From positions 299,753 through 319,752 of the forward strand of contig JAHCIT010000005.1 of the NCBI GenBank assembly GCA_026129095.1: DNA of 20,000 bases. Direction: 5' to 3'. The position numbers were made by a program, and so were the translations under genes. The DNA comes from Deltaproteobacteria bacterium. Its GTDB lineage: Bacteria > JAGRBM01 > JAHCIT01. The notes below the pieces were generated by a model. It was not told where the DNA came from and searched no databases. It was given only the letters and a program-made list of their open reading frames with translations. Shown in pieces: positions 16,846 through 20,000 of the stretch. The first letter of the stretch is position 1, and the number at the start of each line of letters is the position of its first letter.

Positions 16846-18177
16846 CTATTTTCTTGCAGACCGGCATTCAGCTCGCAACATCTTATATCTAATCACGCCG
16901 GTGGCGGGCTCGATTTCAATGCTCCACCCGTTGTCGAGCAGATCCTCATGTGCGTCACGGAACGCTTCCTCAAGATCCTGAATATCGCAAAAACCCGGGG
17001 ATCTCAGGTATCTACTGGCGGCCAATCTGAACGCGTTGCGAAATTGGCCAGTAGTTCCGCGGAATACGACGGTCGATGGGTAACTGAAACAATCGAATGA
17101 TAGGGTTTTAGCCCCTTCAGAGGAAACTGCAGAGTCCAGCACAAGCTCGATCCCGAATTCCTCTTCAAATGCCACAATGGATTTGGCCTCGGCCAAGAGG
17201 TCCCGCAACGCGTTCAGAAGAACCGTCACAAAGCGGCTGCCAGTGCCATGGCGCGTTGTAATGCGGGAACGGGTAGGCACCATCAATCGCCTAATTACCA
17301 ATGCACTGCGGAGTCCGTCAGGCGTATTCAGCCGGGCGAGTTCATCCATCAGCATGTCCCGATATCGGGCAAGTTCGGGAGGACCAGACGATTCGATTCG
17401 CCCAGTTAGCATTTCCGTTTCCAGGAACGAACAGAATACATTCACGAGTTTTCTACCGGCCGGCGTGTCATCAAGCTGTTTCAGATACCGGGAGATGCAT
17501 TTTCGGCCATTATCCTGTTGTTTCTCGACGAGATAGACCTTGGCCATTCCAAGCAGACAGGTCGCGTCTCCAAGCCGGGCACCTTCCTTGAAATATTCCA
17601 ATGCCTTTTCGGGATTTTTCTTGTCCCATCCAATCTCAAACAGCCGAAGCCGATTGATCTCGATGAGCCGCCCAAGCTCGATCCTGCCGAGCCGTTCATA
17701 AGCCGACGGCGATCCCAGCTTTGCCGCTTTCTCGTAGCAATCGAGTGCGGCTTTACGGTCTTCCAGCTCACCATTAAGCCCTTTGAGGAAATTGTCGCCG
17801 TCAGAAACGAGCCCGTCCGCAAGCGACTCCTTGTTCTGAATGGTATCCGGGTTCTTTAGTGAGCCGGGAGGTTCGGATGCTTCCGGTTCTGCGTGGATTT
17901 CCAGTATGCAGTCGATAGCGACAACAGGCGGGGTCTCGAATAACTCTTTGCGCTTATGATGACGGGGTGCGCGCTGGTCCAGCAGATCATGGACCTTTCG
18001 TTCGGCGGTAATGCTGTCACGGAATTTACGGTAGAAGACGACATACCATCTGCCGGGTGTTCCGGTTGCTGAAGAGATCTGTTCGGCGCGCTCGTCGGGC
18101 TCGTTTGACGTTCTCCCGACCTTGACCAGTTCGGGAACGGCCGGATTGAACAGAACGTAGACAAAACCGGCAGCCAT
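16846..18177 (-). CDS. GIY-YIG (T5orf172/MUG113-type) nuclease-domain protein with Sel1-like repeats
   Basis: GFVYVLFNPAVPELVKVGRT...ERAEQISSATGTP...AERKVH...KELF. Sel1-like units ALDCYEKAAKLGSPSAYERLG and KALEYFKEGARLGDATCLLGMAKVY. RBS GAGGAG lies upstream. Confidence 0.88.
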   Translation of the reverse strand: MAAGFVYVLFNPAVPELVKVGRTSNEPDERAEQISSATGTPGRWYVVFYRKFRDSITAERKVHDLLDQRAPRHHKRKELFETPPVVAIDCILEIHAEPEASEPPGSLKNPDTIQNKESLADGLVSDGDNFLKGLNGELEDRKAALDCYEKAAKLGSPSAYERLGRIELGRLIEINRLRLFEIGWDKKNPEKALEYFKEGARLGDATCLLGMAKVYLVEKQQDNGRKCISRYLKQLDDTPAGRKLVNVFCSFLETEMLTGRIESSGPPELARYRDMLMDELARLNTPDGLRSALVIRRLMVPTRSRITTRHGTGSRFVTVLLNALRDLLAEAKSIVAFEEEFGIELVLDSAVSSEGAKTLSFDCFSYPSTVVFRGTTGQFRNAFRLAASRYLRSPGFCDIQDLEEAFRDAHEDLLDNGWSIEIEPATGVIRYKMLRAECRSARK

Positions 18178-18184
18178 GTGCTCC

Positions 18185-18979
18185 TCATTTCTGGGCCTTG
18201 CAGAGTTTCAGGCGAGCCCGGTAGCGAACAATGCCCGGTTCCCGGAGCGGAACAGCGATATTTGCTGCCATGCGTTCGGCAATTTCCATGACTTCACCGG
18301 CGGTCATGGGGAGCGCCATGCGACTGATGATTTCGGCGGGCTGTTCGCCGATTACCTGATACCGGACGAGTATCTCGCAATCCCGGTCCAGGCCTACGTG
18401 ATCCGGCGACAGCTTCCAGACCCCACGCTCCCCAAGAACGCTGTAGACAGCCCCGGCGTAGTCGCGGCCGTACCGGTAAGCCTCCGGCCTGATGCGGCTC
18501 GTACAGTCGGGGACCGGCTTTTCTTCGAAATCCAGGGTGGGAGGGAAGGCAAAAGGATAGCTTCCGCAAACCAGTGTCTCGGCGATCTCGTTTTCACGCT
18601 CGAACCGGCGAGCCATTGTTCCGCTTTCCGCCCACCGGTGGAGCTGCCAGGCCACTTCGGACGAGAACCATCCGCCGAGGCGGTAGCTCTCCTCCAGATC
18701 GACCACCCGGCTGGCGAGTTCGTCAGCCACCGCTGCCGCCTCCGAACGTATACGAATGTCCATAAACGTCCGCCACAGCGGGAAAACCTCGTCCCGGAGC
18801 GGGACCATGAATTCGGCCGAAAGCTGCTGGATCTTGTTCAGGTAGCGGAGCTGCGCCCGCACGACAGGCGAATAGCCTGTGATGAGGTACCGGGGACGGC
18901 CCCAAGCGGTAACGTCGGGTGTCAAAGCGGATTTGCCTCTCTTTTTCACCGTCACCTGATCCAGTACCTTACCGTCCAT
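18185..18979 (-). CDS. Hypothetical protein (264 aa)
   Basis: ORF with RBS-like GGAGTGAG before its ATG. It ends 7 nt before the GIY-YIG gene start on the same strand. No motif recognised. Confidence 0.65.
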   Translation of the reverse strand: MDGKVLDQVTVKKRGKSALTPDVTAWGRPRYLITGYSPVVRAQLRYLNKIQQLSAEFMVPLRDEVFPLWRTFMDIRIRSEAAAVADELASRVVDLEESYRLGGWFSSEVAWQLHRWAESGTMARRFERENEIAETLVCGSYPFAFPPTLDFEEKPVPDCTSRIRPEAYRYGRDYAGAVYSVLGERGVWKLSPDHVGLDRDCEILVRYQVIGEQPAEIISRMALPMTAGEVMEIAERMAANIAVPLREPGIVRYRARLKLCKAQK

Positions 18980-19078
18980 GGTTACTCACTCCAAGCTGGG
19001 AGGGTTTCCGGTGTTTCGCTCACGACACTGACCAGCGGACGCCCAGAGCAGAATCTGTATCGGTCCAGCCAAATCTCG

Positions 19079-19205
19079 CAGAGGACTAGGCTTCTTTTGG
19101 AGTGGACCGGACCATTTCCAGAGTGGACCGAACCAAAATCCAGAAGCACCAGACCTTTTTCGGAGTGGACCGAACCAAGTTTCGAGATGGACCAGATCGT
19201 TTGGC
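19079..19205. repeat. Imperfect 21-bp tandem repeat (~6 units), core GAGTGGACCG(G/A)ACCA
   Basis: GAGTGGACCG occurs at 19100, 19121 and 19163 (spacing 21 and 42). Degenerate units fall in phase at ~19079 and ~19142, and near phase at ~19185. Confidence 0.8.
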
Positions 19206-19258
19206 GGCCAAACCAGGCGAATTTTGGCTGCGAAATGTACATTCATCACAGTTTCCCG

Positions 19259-20000
19259 TTACGGACAGCTCGCCGCGAGCTTTACGCCCAGTTCTTCGGC
19301 CTTGGCAGGGAGCTGATCTTCCGGCCCCTGTACCTTCGCGGACGCGACCACCCGCTCGGTTCCACCCTCGACGATCATGGCCGACACTATATAACTGGGT
19401 CCGAACTTCACGATCTCGCCCTGTACGGCGAGATCGGCTCCCTTTTGAGGATCGGTGGCGAGGATCAGGCAGTTCGACCTGGCGATCTCGCTGGAAACCA
19501 CCGACTGGACGGCTTCCGAGTAGGACGGATCGGCGCCGGCCTTCGCGGCGAAAGGGGCGACGGAAATTCGCTTGGGACCGGCAACGGGAATGGCCGCTGG
19601 CGCTAGGACGGGTACCACCGAGGCGGTTTCAACTGGCTTCGGAACGACCGGTGGTTCTTTTGCCCTGGCGAGGCCGGCAATTCGGGGAGAAGATCGGATC
19701 AGGTTAACGATCTTGTCGGCGGCTTTGTCCGCCGCCGAATCCGCTCCCACTGAACCCAGGCTGATCCCGCCGCCGTAGTAGTCGCTGATCGAGTCATCGA
19801 CGGTGACAACGGTTTCGTCTTTTATTGAAAGCGTGAATTTCACCCGGTCGGGACCTTTCCAGACCGAGGTTTCGATTTCGACAGTCCCGGCCAGGTCCGC
19901 CTGGCCGTCGCCAATTACCCGGTACCCGGCATTTGTGAGCTTGCCGGCAAGACGCTCCTTGAAACTCTCCGGCTTCCACGCGCCGGGGCTGCCGATCGCC
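19259..20000 (-). CDS. Exported/lipoprotein-like protein with C-terminal CsgG/TolB_N-like domain (5' end beyond window)
   Basis: The frame stays open from 19843 to the window end (AIGSPGAWKPESFKERLAGKL...). A Pro/Val/Ala linker precedes RISVAPF...GADLAVQGEIVKFGPSYIVSAMIVEGGTERVVASA. Confidence 0.7.
   Translation of the reverse strand, partial: AIGSPGAWKPESFKERLAGKLTNAGYRVIGDGQADLAGTVEIETSVWKGPDRVKFTLSIKDETVVTVDDSISDYYGGGISLGSVGADSAADKAADKIVNLIRSSPRIAGLARAKEPPVVPKPVETASVVPVLAPAAIPVAGPKRISVAPFAAKAGADPSYSEAVQSVVSSEIARSNCLILATDPQKGADLAVQGEIVKFGPSYIVSAMIVEGGTERVVASAKVQGPEDQLPAKAEELGVKLAASCP

Noticed and set aside
16566-16892. 108-aa ORF overlapping the glycosylase-like stop
   Set aside because: TTG start without an RBS, no motif, and overlap with the convergent GIY-YIG gene; cannot be supported.
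19079-19205. CRISPR array
   Set aside because: The period is only 21 bp, there are no unique spacers, the repeats are degenerate, and no cas operon is present.
18176-19606. 476-aa plus-strand ORF (and 19102-19707)
   Set aside because: Antisense shadow of two better-supported minus-strand genes in GC-rich DNA, running through the repeat tract with no motifs.

Overview
Bacterial genomic window. GC-rich flanks (left: membrane protein/hypothetical/atypical SDR operon divergent from a Cys-rich ECF sigma factor; right: hypothetical gene, 21-bp repeat tract, CsgG/TolB_N-like protein) surround a visibly more AT-rich accessory block (~3.3-18.2 kb) that reads as an anti-phage defence island. It carries a C5 cytosine methyltransferase plus NotI-family endonuclease, a frameshifted small GhoS/Cas2-like gene, and a translationally coupled pair: a ComEC-like metallo-beta-lactamase (MBL) hydrolase and a single-chain E2-E1-JAB ubiquitin-like conjugation enzyme (6A-MBL-type architecture, no Ubl or CD-NTase in view). 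It also holds a membrane protein, a winged-HTH protein, a PD-(D/E)XK-like protein, a 645-aa unknown, an HhH-glycosylase-like protein and a T5orf172/GIY-YIG nuclease fused to Sel1 repeats. No integrase, transposase, tRNA, rRNA or CRISPR array was seen. All calls come from motif recognition by eye; no searches were run.
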